Below are positions 10,483 to 18,619 of a stretch of DNA of 64,000 bases, in pieces. Position 1 is the stretch's first letter, and every line of letters starts with the position of its first letter. The DNA is taken from the NCBI GenBank assembly GCA_001780985.1, contig MFJV01000001.1, positions 428,049-492,048 of the forward strand, written 5' to 3'. Under the pieces are notes generated by a model. It did not search any database. It was not told the origin of the DNA and saw nothing but the letters and a program-made list of their open reading frames with translations. This DNA comes from Candidatus Gottesmanbacteria bacterium RIFCSPLOWO2_01_FULL_43_11b. GTDB lineage: Bacteria; Patescibacteriota; Microgenomatia; UBA10105; UBA927. The position numbers and the translations under genes were made by a program.

Positions 10483-10728
10483 ATGAAACAAAAAATTACT
10501 CGCGTTGGCAATTCTGCTGCTGTCATCATCCCAAAATCAGTTTTAAAGGAAAACGGACTGAAAATTGGTTCCATGGTGAATATTACTCTCGAAAAACCAC
10601 GAAAGAAAACGTCGACTCCGGTTGTTGATAGGGAGATTTACGCGGTGGGGAATGATCTGTTAAAGCGGTATTTGCCGGCATTTATCAAACTCGCTAAACC
10701 CCACCATGATCAAGTATCTCACTACTGA
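10483..10728 (+). CDS. AbrB/MazE-fold antitoxin, Phd-like partner of Doc
   Basis: VGNSAAVIIPK swapped-hairpin motif. Overlaps the downstream doc gene. Confidence 0.65.
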   Translation: MKQKITRVGNSAAVIIPKSVLKENGLKIGSMVNITLEKPRKKTSTPVVDREIYAVGNDLLKRYLPAFIKLAKPHHDQVSHY

Positions 10729-11092
10729 AGATATCCTCCTTCTCCATTATCTATCAATACAAAAAAGCGGCGGTTCTCATGGATTGAGAGACGCAGGATT
10801 ATTGGACGCTGCCGTCCATCGTCCGCAAGCAACATTTGCCGGAGAAGATTTATATCCGACCGTGTTTGATAAAGCGGGAGCCTTGTGCCATTCACTCATC
10901 AAAAATCATGCGTTTGTCGACGGAAATAAACGAACGTCACTCCTTTCTGCTATGACATTTTTAGAATTAAACGGCTATCGTTTTGAGTGTGAACAAGAAG
11001 AACTCGTCACGTTTGGCCTCAAAATCGATAACGAAAATATCTCGTACGAAGGAATCGCCGAGTGGTTTAAGTCACATTCTCGTAGTGTGTGA
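10706..11092 (+). CDS. doc: Doc (death-on-curing) toxin, Fic/Doc family
   Basis: Fido motif HAFVDGNKRT. Confidence 0.8.
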   Translation: MIKYLTTEDILLLHYLSIQKSGGSHGLRDAGLLDAAVHRPQATFAGEDLYPTVFDKAGALCHSLIKNHAFVDGNKRTSLLSAMTFLELNGYRFECEQEELVTFGLKIDNENISYEGIAEWFKSHSRSV

Positions 11093-11420
11093 GGCGAACG
11101 ACATCGTTATTTTCATCTAAAACAATAGCAACCACGTCAATTCGGCAGGGGATATTCTCTCCATTCATATACACGGTTGCCATGTTGCGGATTTTTTGTA
11201 ATTTCCCTCTGCCCACCATTTCCTCAGGAAGTCCAAAATCCGTGCCTATTTTTGCTTTCACCTCAACAAAAACCAACGTCTCTCCGTCTTTCGCGATGAT
11301 ATCTATCTCACCAAATTTATTTCTGAAATTCCGCTCAAGAATTCTATAGTGCTTCTTTTTTAAAAATTCTGCCGCACGATCTTCCGCGAGTTTTCCCGTT
11401 TGACGATTGAACTGTTTCAT
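11067..11420 (-). CDS. yraN: YraN family (UPF0102) endonuclease-like protein
   Basis: GEIDIIAKDGETLVFVEVKA core. Confidence 0.75.
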   Translation of the reverse strand: MKQFNRQTGKLAEDRAAEFLKKKHYRILERNFRNKFGEIDIIAKDGETLVFVEVKAKIGTDFGLPEEMVGRGKLQKIRNMATVYMNGENIPCRIDVVAIVLDENNDVVRLTHYENVT

Positions 11421-12943
11421 ACAAGCTGCTTATACTGGAGCGCTTCGGCCATGTGGATAGGAAGGATTGGCTCGGATTTTCCAAGATCGGCGATTGTTCT
11501 TGCAACTTTAATGAGCCGCATGTAGCTTCTGGCTGAAAAATCGTACTTTTCCGCTGCAATTTTAAGAAAGTTTTCCGCTTCAGGCGTTAATTTGGCAAAA
11601 TTTTTTACATCTTTATTGCGCATTTGAGAATTCGTGTAGAGCGGGGTTCCCTTAAAGCGTTTTTCCGCAATCTTCCGCGCTCCGACAACTGCCTTTTTTG
11701 CTTCTTGAGAGGTAAGTGAATCCTGTTTCATCTCCCGCGTTATCGAAAGTTTTTCAACCTCGACAGGAGCAACCATAACAGTGAGATCAATCCTGTCTAA
11801 AATAGGTCCTGAAATACGGTGACGATACTTTGCAATCTGTTTCTCCGTGCATTTACATTCACGCCTTGGGTGCCCTAAATAGCCACACGGGCACGGATTA
11901 ATTGCAGCAATCAGTGTAAAACTTGCCGGGTAGCGGACATGCCCCGAGACTCTGACAATCTCAACAAACCCATCCTCCATCGGCTGACGTAAACCCTCCA
12001 AAACGCTCCGCGGAAACTCCGGCATTTCATCCATAAAAAGTACTCCCAGATGCGCAAGACTCACTTCACCTGGTAAAGGACTCGTTCCGCCGCCGATAAG
12101 TCCCGCGGCAGAGACTCCGTGGTGGGGAGAGCGGAACGACCGCCGTCTGATGAGCGCCGTGCCTGGAGATAGTAATCCCGAAATAGAATAAATACGGGTA
12201 ACCTCGAGCGCCTCTTTTGAGCTAAGTGGCGGAAGTATGCCGGGAAGAGCCCTTGCAAGCATGGTTTTTCCCGTTCCGGGCGGCCCCCACATTAAGAGAT
12301 TGTGGCCGCCGGCAGCTGCAATAACGAGAGCACGCTTGGCTTGCTCTTGGCCAGCGATTTCCTTTAAGTCAAAATCAATAACTGCTTCATCATCGCTACT
12401 TCCTTTGCTATGCGGAAGCGGTGCGATTTCTTTGGCGCCGGAAATGTGGCGGACTAAATCCGAAAGATTCAAAACCGGAATAACCTTCACGCCGGAAACA
12501 ACTGTAGCCTCAGCGGCAGATGGCCGGGGAACAAAAATCGTTACATCTTTGGAGCGCGCTGCATGGAGGGCAAGGAGCAAAATTCCCCGCGTTGGCCGCA
12601 GTGTCCCATCAAGAGAAAGTTCACCGTAAAAATACTTATTTCCTTCGGGTAACATAACCTGACCGCCCGCAACCAGAACCCCAACAGCTATGGGCAAATC
12701 ATAGGCAGCGCTATCTTTGGGAAGATCAGCTGGCGCCAGATTGACCGTTATTTTTTTCGGCGGGAAATCAAACCCGGAGTTGATGATTGCTGTTTTTACC
12801 CGTTCCCTCGCCTCCTCTACTGCCTTACTCGCAAGCCCCACAATCGTAAATCCGGGAAAGCCCTGTGAGGCAACATCAACCTCAACATCGACCGGAACGG
12901 TTTCAAGGCCAATGGTTGCAATGGAACTAATTTTGACTAGTAT
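11417..12943 (-). CDS. comM: Competence protein ComM / YifB (Mg-chelatase-like AAA+ ATPase)
   Basis: LLMWGPPGTGKTMLARALPGILPPL. The conserved N-terminus ILVKISSIATIGLETVPVDVEVDVASQGFPGFTIVGL continues in frame upstream of the GTG at 12841. GAGGAGG lies 8 nt before an ATA codon (12941-12943), so the start is non-canonical or uncertain. Confidence 0.8.
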   Translation of the reverse strand: MLVKISSIATIGLETVPVDVEVDVASQGFPGFTIVGLASKAVEEARERVKTAIINSGFDFPPKKITVNLAPADLPKDSAAYDLPIAVGVLVAGGQVMLPEGNKYFYGELSLDGTLRPTRGILLLALHAARSKDVTIFVPRPSAAEATVVSGVKVIPVLNLSDLVRHISGAKEIAPLPHSKGSSDDEAVIDFDLKEIAGQEQAKRALVIAAAGGHNLLMWGPPGTGKTMLARALPGILPPLSSKEALEVTRIYSISGLLSPGTALIRRRSFRSPHHGVSAAGLIGGGTSPLPGEVSLAHLGVLFMDEMPEFPRSVLEGLRQPMEDGFVEIVRVSGHVRYPASFTLIAAINPCPCGYLGHPRRECKCTEKQIAKYRHRISGPILDRIDLTVMVAPVEVEKLSITREMKQDSLTSQEAKKAVVGARKIAEKRFKGTPLYTNSQMRNKDVKNFAKLTPEAENFLKIAAEKYDFSARSYMRLIKVARTIADLGKSEPILPIHMAEALQYKQLV

Positions 12944-13742
12944 AGTATTTTCCTCCTCGTTCGATAAGTTGGCCTGTGAGAGTCAGAAGCGAGAGTTGCG
13001 CGCCAATTTCCGACACAGGTTTGTCAAGCTTCCGGGCTAGTTCACTGGCGGTAAGCGATTCATCAATAAGCGCGGAGATAATTGGGTCATCGGTTTTAAC
13101 GGTTTTTTGCACGACGTCTGCTACCCACATGCGGGCAGCGCCCGATGCAATCAGCGCGTTGGTTCCGGCTGATAAATTACTCGTAATCGGTCCTGGGACT
13201 GCCCAGAGGTTTCTTTTGAGCTTACGGGCAATGGCAGCCGTAATGAGTGATCCGCTCTTTTGGGCAGCTTCAACGACAATAATATCGCTCGATAGTGCCG
13301 CTACGATGCGATTTCTTACAGGGAAAGTCCACAATGTTGGCTTCTGATCTTCCCATTCGCTGATAATAAGCCCGCCGGAGTCGATAATTCGCTCTGCTAG
13401 TTTTTTATCTCCCCCATCTAACTCTCTTTTGATTCCCCAGCCTAAAACTGCAATTGTTTTGCCGCCATTTTCAATGCACACTTTGTGTGCGTATTGATCG
13501 ACTCCGTACATAAATCCCGAGACAATCGTTTTTTTCTCAAACACAAGTTGCGGGACAATTTTTTCAATAACCATGCGACCGTACTCTGTCATTCTTCGGC
13601 TGCCGATAATTGCGGTGCACTGGTTAAATACATGAGCGTTCCACCGACCGCTGTAGAAGAGTTGTTTTGGAGGGTCGTGAAGATCTCCGAGCCGGAAAAG
13701 TTCGTTGTGTGTGCGCCAATTGGGAAGAGGCAGGTAGCGCAT
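12927..13742 (-). CDS. dprA: DNA processing protein DprA (Smf)
   Basis: GIDQYAHKVCIENGGKTIAVLGWGI, SGSLITAAIA, C-terminal wHTH. Confidence 0.85.
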   Translation of the reverse strand: MRYLPLPNWRTHNELFRLGDLHDPPKQLFYSGRWNAHVFNQCTAIIGSRRMTEYGRMVIEKIVPQLVFEKKTIVSGFMYGVDQYAHKVCIENGGKTIAVLGWGIKRELDGGDKKLAERIIDSGGLIISEWEDQKPTLWTFPVRNRIVAALSSDIIVVEAAQKSGSLITAAIARKLKRNLWAVPGPITSNLSAGTNALIASGAARMWVADVVQKTVKTDDPIISALIDESLTASELARKLDKPVSEIGAQLSLLTLTGQLIERGGKYYTSQN

Positions 13743-13763
13743 GCTCTAAGAATAGCATAGAAT

Positions 13764-14027
13764 ATGTTCATGAATATAGGAAAATTTTCATATTACTGCC
13801 GAAAAATTCACCGGTGGAGTCTCTGGTTTGTCGTTATTCTCGGACTTATCCAAATGACTACGGGGCTTACAATGAAGTATCCAAATTTCTTTTCATTTTT
13901 TAATCCGAGTAGCGCACGGGCACTCCATTCTCAAACGGCAACCTACTTCGTCATCGCTTTTTCAATCCAAATGTTCACCGGCCTGGTTATGTACATAACC
14001 CCGTGGATTCTACGGTTTCGTCAGTAA
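13764..14027 (+). CDS. Hypothetical small membrane protein (2 TM)
   Basis: 87-aa ORF in an intergenic gap with two hydrophobic helices. Confidence 0.3.
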   Translation: MFMNIGKFSYYCRKIHRWSLWFVVILGLIQMTTGLTMKYPNFFSFFNPSSARALHSQTATYFVIAFSIQMFTGLVMYITPWILRFRQ

Positions 14028-14042
14028 GTGTTTCCTGTATTT

Positions 14043-14516
14043 TTACGGGTCCTTGGAATATCGTTCTGTCGTGCCAACCGAGACGAGAGCAGCAAATAAT
14101 CTTCCAAGAGTCCATTTGCCTGCATTATTATCCCCTGCCTGAATTCTTGCTAATCGCTCAACGCTCTCTAGTGAGTCCAAAAAAGCGCCTGGTGCTACTA
14201 TATCTAATGATGCCAAACGAGAGTTCTCAAATAAATCATCTACCTTATCTTGAATTAAATACGCAATGAATTTTCTTGTCGTTCTCCAGCGACCGTCTCT
14301 GTCAAAAATTACTCCCGCTTTCTCCGTTCCAAGCACTACTCCATTAAAGGTTATTTGATCTCCATCAATAATTTCCACTGCAATGTCTCGCCCTCCAACC
14401 TTTCCACGGACAAGATTTCCGGGTTCTAAAAGTTTAAAATCGCGCTTCCAAAAACCTGATGTTATCTCAACAAAAGGCATGAACGTGATTCTATCAAATA
14501 GATAGTGGTATATCAA
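14043..14516 (-). CDS. Hypothetical protein
   Basis: 157-aa ORF with 4-nt overlap to the upstream gene; no motif recognised. Confidence 0.4.
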   Translation of the reverse strand: MIYHYLFDRITFMPFVEITSGFWKRDFKLLEPGNLVRGKVGGRDIAVEIIDGDQITFNGVVLGTEKAGVIFDRDGRWRTTRKFIAYLIQDKVDDLFENSRLASLDIVAPGAFLDSLESVERLARIQAGDNNAGKWTLGRLFAALVSVGTTERYSKDP

Positions 14517-15106
14517 AATGGACCATTCAAACGCCTTTCGTATTTTAACTCACCTCTGTCTTTATACTGCTCGGTTGACGCTAATCCTTTTTGTACAAGC
14601 AACTCATTTACGAGCGCTCCGTCGTTGCACCCCTCTGGATTTTCCATTAATCCCTCCCGGGAAGAATTGTATGTAAGATGCATGTAATTTGCCGGCAAAA
14701 ACGTTGGTTCATTTTCACATGCAATCCAAACCCACGCGAGAACCCGACCGTATTTGTCATCCTGATATCGGTCATATTCAAGATATACACGTTTGTCATT
14801 GACGATTGAAGTAAGGGTATCCCGCGCTTCCACCCAGCGTTTTTCGCCGCGATTGGGAGCATCAATACCGATCATTCGCACTTCCACACCGCTTTGGAGG
14901 CGAAACGTGTCTCCGTCATAGATTTCTCGCGCCACTCCGGTTTTGGGAAAAAGCGATTTAACGGCATAAAAGTCACGAGTATTTTGAAAAACATCAGGTT
15001 TCCAACCCAAAACCAGTGCGGTGAGAATTCCGGGAATCAGAACCGCCGGAATACCAAGCTTTAATAACCTCTTTCTCGTCCACCTTGCATTTTTATTCTT
15101 CGCCAT
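14513..15106 (-). CDS. Membrane-anchored thermonuclease (SNase-like)
   Basis: N-terminal TM; YDGDTFRL...IGIDAPNRGE catalytic region; VNELLVQKGLA. Confidence 0.6.
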   Translation of the reverse strand: MAKNKNARWTRKRLLKLGIPAVLIPGILTALVLGWKPDVFQNTRDFYAVKSLFPKTGVAREIYDGDTFRLQSGVEVRMIGIDAPNRGEKRWVEARDTLTSIVNDKRVYLEYDRYQDDKYGRVLAWVWIACENEPTFLPANYMHLTYNSSREGLMENPEGCNDGALVNELLVQKGLASTEQYKDRGELKYERRLNGPF

Positions 15107-15129
15107 GAATCAAGTATATAAAAGGGCTG

Positions 15130-15801
15130 TTAATTATATAATCCAGCAATCCATCCGTGTATTTTTCGAAGCAAATCAGTGCTTTTACTAACTCGAATTC
15201 GTAAAACACCGTGATAATTTTCTGGGTTATCGTATATTTTTTGCCATTTTACCTTCTGAAAAAAAGGTTTTTGAAATTGTTGGTCACTCACACGCAGTAT
15301 TTTTTGCCAATACTTTTGAATAGGTTGAACCTTATCTTTATATGTTTCGTTTAGCCCTAATCGAAATCGCAACCGATCAATGCTAATATTACAAGCCTCT
15401 TTTAACCAACGAACCATAAAACGGATCATATTGGGATCAGAATTGGAAAATCCCATCAGATTATCCTTCTTAAATCCCTCTGCCCAATATAAAGCAATAC
15501 CAGCAATAAATAATTCACGAGGCGTAAGTTCTGCCACTTCAATGATACCCCTTTGAAACAATTGTCTTATCTTGTCTTCTTTTAATTGTTTTTGCCTTTC
15601 AATATATACTTTTCTCTTGCCATAATAAGGATCGTGTGCGTTTTTTCCTAATACTTGGATTTGTTGAGGAGACAAAACAATATCTCGACACCATAGGCTT
15701 GCGGTGCTTGAAGAAACTCCAAGTTTTTTCGCAATGGTTTTAATTCCTAATCCGCTCTTGCGTAAATCGCGAGCTATTAGCCGAAGTTGAGATTTAGCCA
15801 T
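15130..15801 (-). CDS. HTH-domain DNA-binding protein of unknown function; LAGLIDADG-like resemblance is weak
   Basis: N-terminal HTH (IKTIAKKLGVSSSTASLWCRDI). Central FIAGIALYWAEGFKK. Sits next to the intron-containing tRNA. Confidence 0.45.
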   Translation of the reverse strand: MAKSQLRLIARDLRKSGLGIKTIAKKLGVSSSTASLWCRDIVLSPQQIQVLGKNAHDPYYGKRKVYIERQKQLKEDKIRQLFQRGIIEVAELTPRELFIAGIALYWAEGFKKDNLMGFSNSDPNMIRFMVRWLKEACNISIDRLRFRLGLNETYKDKVQPIQKYWQKILRVSDQQFQKPFFQKVKWQKIYDNPENYHGVLRIRVSKSTDLLRKIHGWIAGLYN

Positions 15802-15840
15802 ATGGTAAAATTATCTTCTAACCAGGGTTCGATTTCAAGA

Positions 15841-15869
15841 TTGACGCTAATTTCAAATAAAGTTATAAT
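15841..15869 (+). promoter_or_regulatory. sigma70-like promoter for the split tRNA gene
   Basis: TTGACG (15841-15846), 17-nt spacer, TATAAT (15864-15869). Confidence 0.5.
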
Positions 15870-15889
15870 AGACAATGTTGTTAGTCCAG

Positions 15890-16154
15890 CGCGGGGTAGT
15901 GTAAAGCAGCACAGAAGGCTCACAATATGGGCTCATCGAGAGGAAACTTTCGCGTGATAATTCGGCTATATCGGTGGAATCCCGCTTAGCGGGACAATAC
16001 CGAGGGAAGATCCGCCAGCGGAGGAAACCCGTAGAGACTACACGCCGAACCCCGCCCTACGCGAAGGGCGGGGATGATATAGTCCGACACTCCGAGCAAT
16101 CGGAGAAACAGTAAGCATAATCTTCTAGACCTGGTGCGACTCCAGGCCCCGCAA
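15890..16154 (+). tRNA. tRNA-Met(CAU), initiator-like, interrupted by a group I intron (exons 15890-15920 and 16116-16154; 70 nt mature, no encoded CCA)
   Basis: Acceptor stem CGCGGGG/CCCCGCA plus discriminator A is identical to E. coli tRNA-fMet, including C1xA72. D stem GTGT/GCAC; anticodon stem GAAGG/UCUUC; reconstituted loop CU|CAUAA; T arm CCUGG-UGCGACU-CCAGG. Atypical 6-nt D loop and G55. Confidence 0.55.
15921..16115 (+). ncRNA. Group I self-splicing intron in the tRNA anticodon loop (between U33 and C34)
   Basis: P7 strands GUAGAGACUACACG (16031-16044) and GAUAUAGUCCG (16075-16085). P3 UUCGGC/GCCGAA. Q-like GAUCCGCCAGCGG. P8 CCCCGCCC-uacgcgaa-GGGCGGGG. P9 CUCCGA-GCAA-UCGGAG. Terminal G at 16115; exon U at the 5' splice site. 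Confidence 0.6.
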
Positions 16155-17855
16155 CAAGGTAGGAATGGAGGCATATTTTGCCTCCATTTTTCTTATTCTG
16201 TCGCTCTCCTTATTAGGTGCGAACATTTCTCCGATAATAGGTGCCTCACTTTTCATCTTTTTGAGGGTAAACAAGTACGGCGGGCTGTCCAAACGCAATG
16301 TTCTATCGGTAAGCGTTAGGTGCGAACCTAAGTCCATGAGGATACGCCGCTTTAACTTCGCGTCTCCATTTGCAAATCGCTCCCGTACTTTGGTAGCGAA
16401 GGTAAACGCCTCGTTAATGTCCTCTGCCGCCTGCACCATGCGGTTGTCTATAGTACCCAACTGTTGCTCCAAGCCTTTTAGCTCGGTTTCAATGGCTGAT
16501 TTTTGGCTTCTGTACTGCTCATCGGAAAGCAGGCTTCCGTCAGTATTCTGCGGCGAGATTTTGAGCTGAATGAGGTTATTGAGCTTTGCCCTGCACGCAT
16601 CGTGTGCCCCTTTGATAGAAGCAACAGTATCCTCTTGGAAGTCTTTTTCCGACTCGTTCATGGCCGCTATCTGCCTCAGTGCCCAGTCCATAAAGACTGG
16701 TGAAATCTCTATTTCTGCCAGTTTTGCGTCTATCTGTTGTTCAAGCCTATCCAGCCTTACCCCTTTTTGATGACATAATCGACTTGTACGCCGTTTACAA
16801 CGGTAGTAGGTGTAGTGCAGGATGGTCGGGTTACGCATGTTCTCAATCTTCGTGTCGCATCGTGTGCAGGTGTCTTTATTCTTCTTGGTAATGGAAAACT
16901 TCCATTTGCACGCCGTACAAATCACCTGATGTTTTTCCTCAGCAGTGATGGTGGCACCGCAAAAACCGCATTTGAGAAGCGAAGTGAAGGCGTATTCATG
17001 GTGTTGCAGCGTGTATTTACCTCTCCTGCCGAGAAGTACCTGTACCTCGTTAAACAACTCCTCGCTTATGGCGGGTTCGTGGCTCCCTTTCCACCACACC
17101 CCGCTTTTTTCTGGATACTCAAACTTGCCGTAGTAGAAAGGGTTAGAGAGGATTTTATAGATCATACTCAACGACAAAGGCCCACCGCCAGAACGCCGCT
17201 TTTGTCTTGACCGATACCCCCATTCATTCTTTGCCATGAGGTAAAGCTCCATAACTGTTGTACCCTCACGAAACAACTCAAACATTTTTCTGATAAACGG
17301 AAGTCTTTCTGGATCTGGTAACACCTTCCGAAAGCCACTTTCTGTTTGTCTGTCATTAAAGTACCCTTGTGGTGCCACTCCTGGTCGCCATCCGTCACGA
17401 CACTTCTTTTCCAAACCTCGACTTACCACTTCGCTTTTGTCGTCGCTATCTTTCTTTGAGATTCCAAACTCAAGGCTAAGCATAAACTTATCCGTTGGAG
17501 TGTTATAAAATGAACGAGCTGGCGTCTTAACTTCAATCAACTTGCCTTCATCCATGAGGTAAATAACCCAACCAGCGTCAATAGGATTCCTTGCCAAACG
17601 ATTTGGGTGCCACACAATAATCGCATTTGCCTCTCCGCTTTCTATCCTTTTTAACATCGCCCCAAAAATTTCTCTCCCTGGTTTGTGAGCCGTTTTTGAC
17701 TCTTGAAGCACCTCAACGAGATGTAAATTTTCCTTAGTTTTTAATCTCTCAATCTCATATAACTGTTCGGGGAGCGACGCCGCCTGTCGCTCTTTGTTGT
17801 CCTCGGAGCTTTTTCTAGCGTAGCCAATGTATTTGAGAGAAATATTAGTATCCAT
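16125..17855 (-). CDS. Large serine recombinase (resolvase-domain integrase with recombinase, zinc-ribbon and coiled-coil regions)
   Basis: YARKSSEDNKERQAASLPEQ catalytic region with Ser; CxxC pairs. Start taken at MDTNISLKYIGYARKSS; the ORF track extends to 17885. C-terminal codons overlap the tRNA 3' exon and attL. Confidence 0.85.
   Translation of the reverse strand: MDTNISLKYIGYARKSSEDNKERQAASLPEQLYEIERLKTKENLHLVEVLQESKTAHKPGREIFGAMLKRIESGEANAIIVWHPNRLARNPIDAGWVIYLMDEGKLIEVKTPARSFYNTPTDKFMLSLEFGISKKDSDDKSEVVSRGLEKKCRDGWRPGVAPQGYFNDRQTESGFRKVLPDPERLPFIRKMFELFREGTTVMELYLMAKNEWGYRSRQKRRSGGGPLSLSMIYKILSNPFYYGKFEYPEKSGVWWKGSHEPAISEELFNEVQVLLGRRGKYTLQHHEYAFTSLLKCGFCGATITAEEKHQVICTACKWKFSITKKNKDTCTRCDTKIENMRNPTILHYTYYRCKRRTSRLCHQKGVRLDRLEQQIDAKLAEIEISPVFMDWALRQIAAMNESEKDFQEDTVASIKGAHDACRAKLNNLIQLKISPQNTDGSLLSDEQYRSQKSAIETELKGLEQQLGTIDNRMVQAAEDINEAFTFATKVRERFANGDAKLKRRILMDLGSHLTLTDRTLRLDSPPYLFTLKKMKSEAPIIGEMFAPNKESDRIRKMEAKYASIPTLLRGLESHQV
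16144..16156. repeat. attL core direct repeat (tRNA positions 63-73 plus 2 nt)
   Basis: AGGCCCCGCAACA, identical to 22371-22383. Confidence 0.6.
16167..16192 (+). terminator. Intrinsic terminator 13 nt after the tRNA 3' end
   Basis: Stem GGAGGCA/UGCCUCC, loop UAUUU, then AUUUUUCUU. Lies antisense within the last codons of the recombinase gene. Confidence 0.5.
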
Positions 17856-17867
17856 AATCACAATTAA

Positions 17868-17911
17868 GGGCAACGGTGGACACAACCTTTTGACGGGTTG
17901 AACCGTTGCCC
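17868..17911. promoter_or_regulatory. Perfect 10-bp inverted repeat in the recombinase 5' leader
   Basis: GGGCAACGGT-24 nt-ACCGTTGCCC, 13 nt upstream of the recombinase ATG. Confidence 0.3.
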
Positions 17912-18135
17912 ATAAAAGAACCCGTCGTATTCAGCTGTGTCCATATTTATCGTATCCTCTCTACTTCCTTCTGTCAAGCAATTTTGGTACACGATTGCCA
18001 TACACGAATTTTACGAGATCAATGAGCTTCGTGCCATAATCAATAGCCTGTTCTCGGCTTATTATTACGCCATATTCTTTCTGGTAGATCAGTTGAAATT
18101 CGTTGATGGCTTTTTCGCTTAATTGCATAGTCAAT

Positions 18136-18324
18136 TTAAGATTTATCCTCCACTGCGAGAAGCTCCGCTAAATACTCCTCCAGAAGCCCCTTAATGGTTG
18201 TAGAAGACTTTGCAGCTTTCACCTTGAGGAGTTGATGCAGGCTGGCGTCTATACGGACTTGTTTTGTCGTTTTTTTGTCACTTTGTCGACTTTGCATATT
18301 CTTTTCTCCCTCTTCTCTCTCCAT
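18136..18324 (-). CDS. Ribbon-helix-helix (CopG/Arc-like) DNA-binding protein
   Basis: 62 aa; VRIDASLHQLLKVKAAKSSTTIKGLLEEYL. Confidence 0.5.
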   Translation of the reverse strand: MEREEGEKNMQSRQSDKKTTKQVRIDASLHQLLKVKAAKSSTTIKGLLEEYLAELLAVEDKS

Positions 18325-18410
18325 AAACCTCTTTCTTCGTTCTAGGTAAGTACTTCACCAGAGCATTGAAGGTTTTGTAAACGGCGCAGAGGACTTGATA
18401 TAATCTCACT

Positions 18411-18616
18411 TCATGTTGCCGTTCCTTCTTGCGATCTTCATCGGGACGGGAAACCGCTTGTTTCGCCCTCAGATCGTCGCTCTTGCGGTAGGTCGCGTTT
18501 GCTCTACGCTACTCTATCCCGTTAGGCATCAAAAATGCCTTACTCGTTTCTCTTCTGGGGGCACCAGGAGAGAAACCAATAAGGCATCTCAACTCCTGTG
18601 TGCCCCCATTTTTTTC
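18411..18616 (+). ncRNA. Candidate ~200-nt sRNA inside the element
   Basis: TTGTAA-18-TATAAT (18375-18404) upstream. Ends at a strong terminator: GGGGGCAC...GUGCCCCC (18557-18607) plus T7. The overlapping 122-aa ORF has no RBS and reads through the terminator. Confidence 0.25.
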
Positions 18617-18619
18617 CAC

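Noticed and set aside
12237-12629. 130-aa plus-strand ORF antisense to comM, plus many similar antisense ORFs in the track (e.g. 6021-6407, 16165-16569, 34495-34938, 52442-52630)
   Set aside because: They lie entirely within well-supported genes on the opposite strand, with no motifs. Typical shadow ORFs.
15130-15801. Calling the HTH protein a canonical LAGLIDADG homing endonuclease
   Set aside because: The candidate motif IAGIALYWAEG does not fit the 9-residue LAGLIDADG spacing. Kept as a hypothesis only.
15877-16195. Considered RNase P RNA or tmRNA for the GC-rich structured RNA with GNRA tetraloops and a GGAGGAAACCCG segment
   Set aside because: No P4 strands (AGGAAAGUCCGGGC / ACAGAACCCGGCUUA) and no tRNA-like 3' CCA domain with a tag ORF. 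Group I R/S/P3/P7/P9 elements and flanking tRNA halves explain the sequence better.
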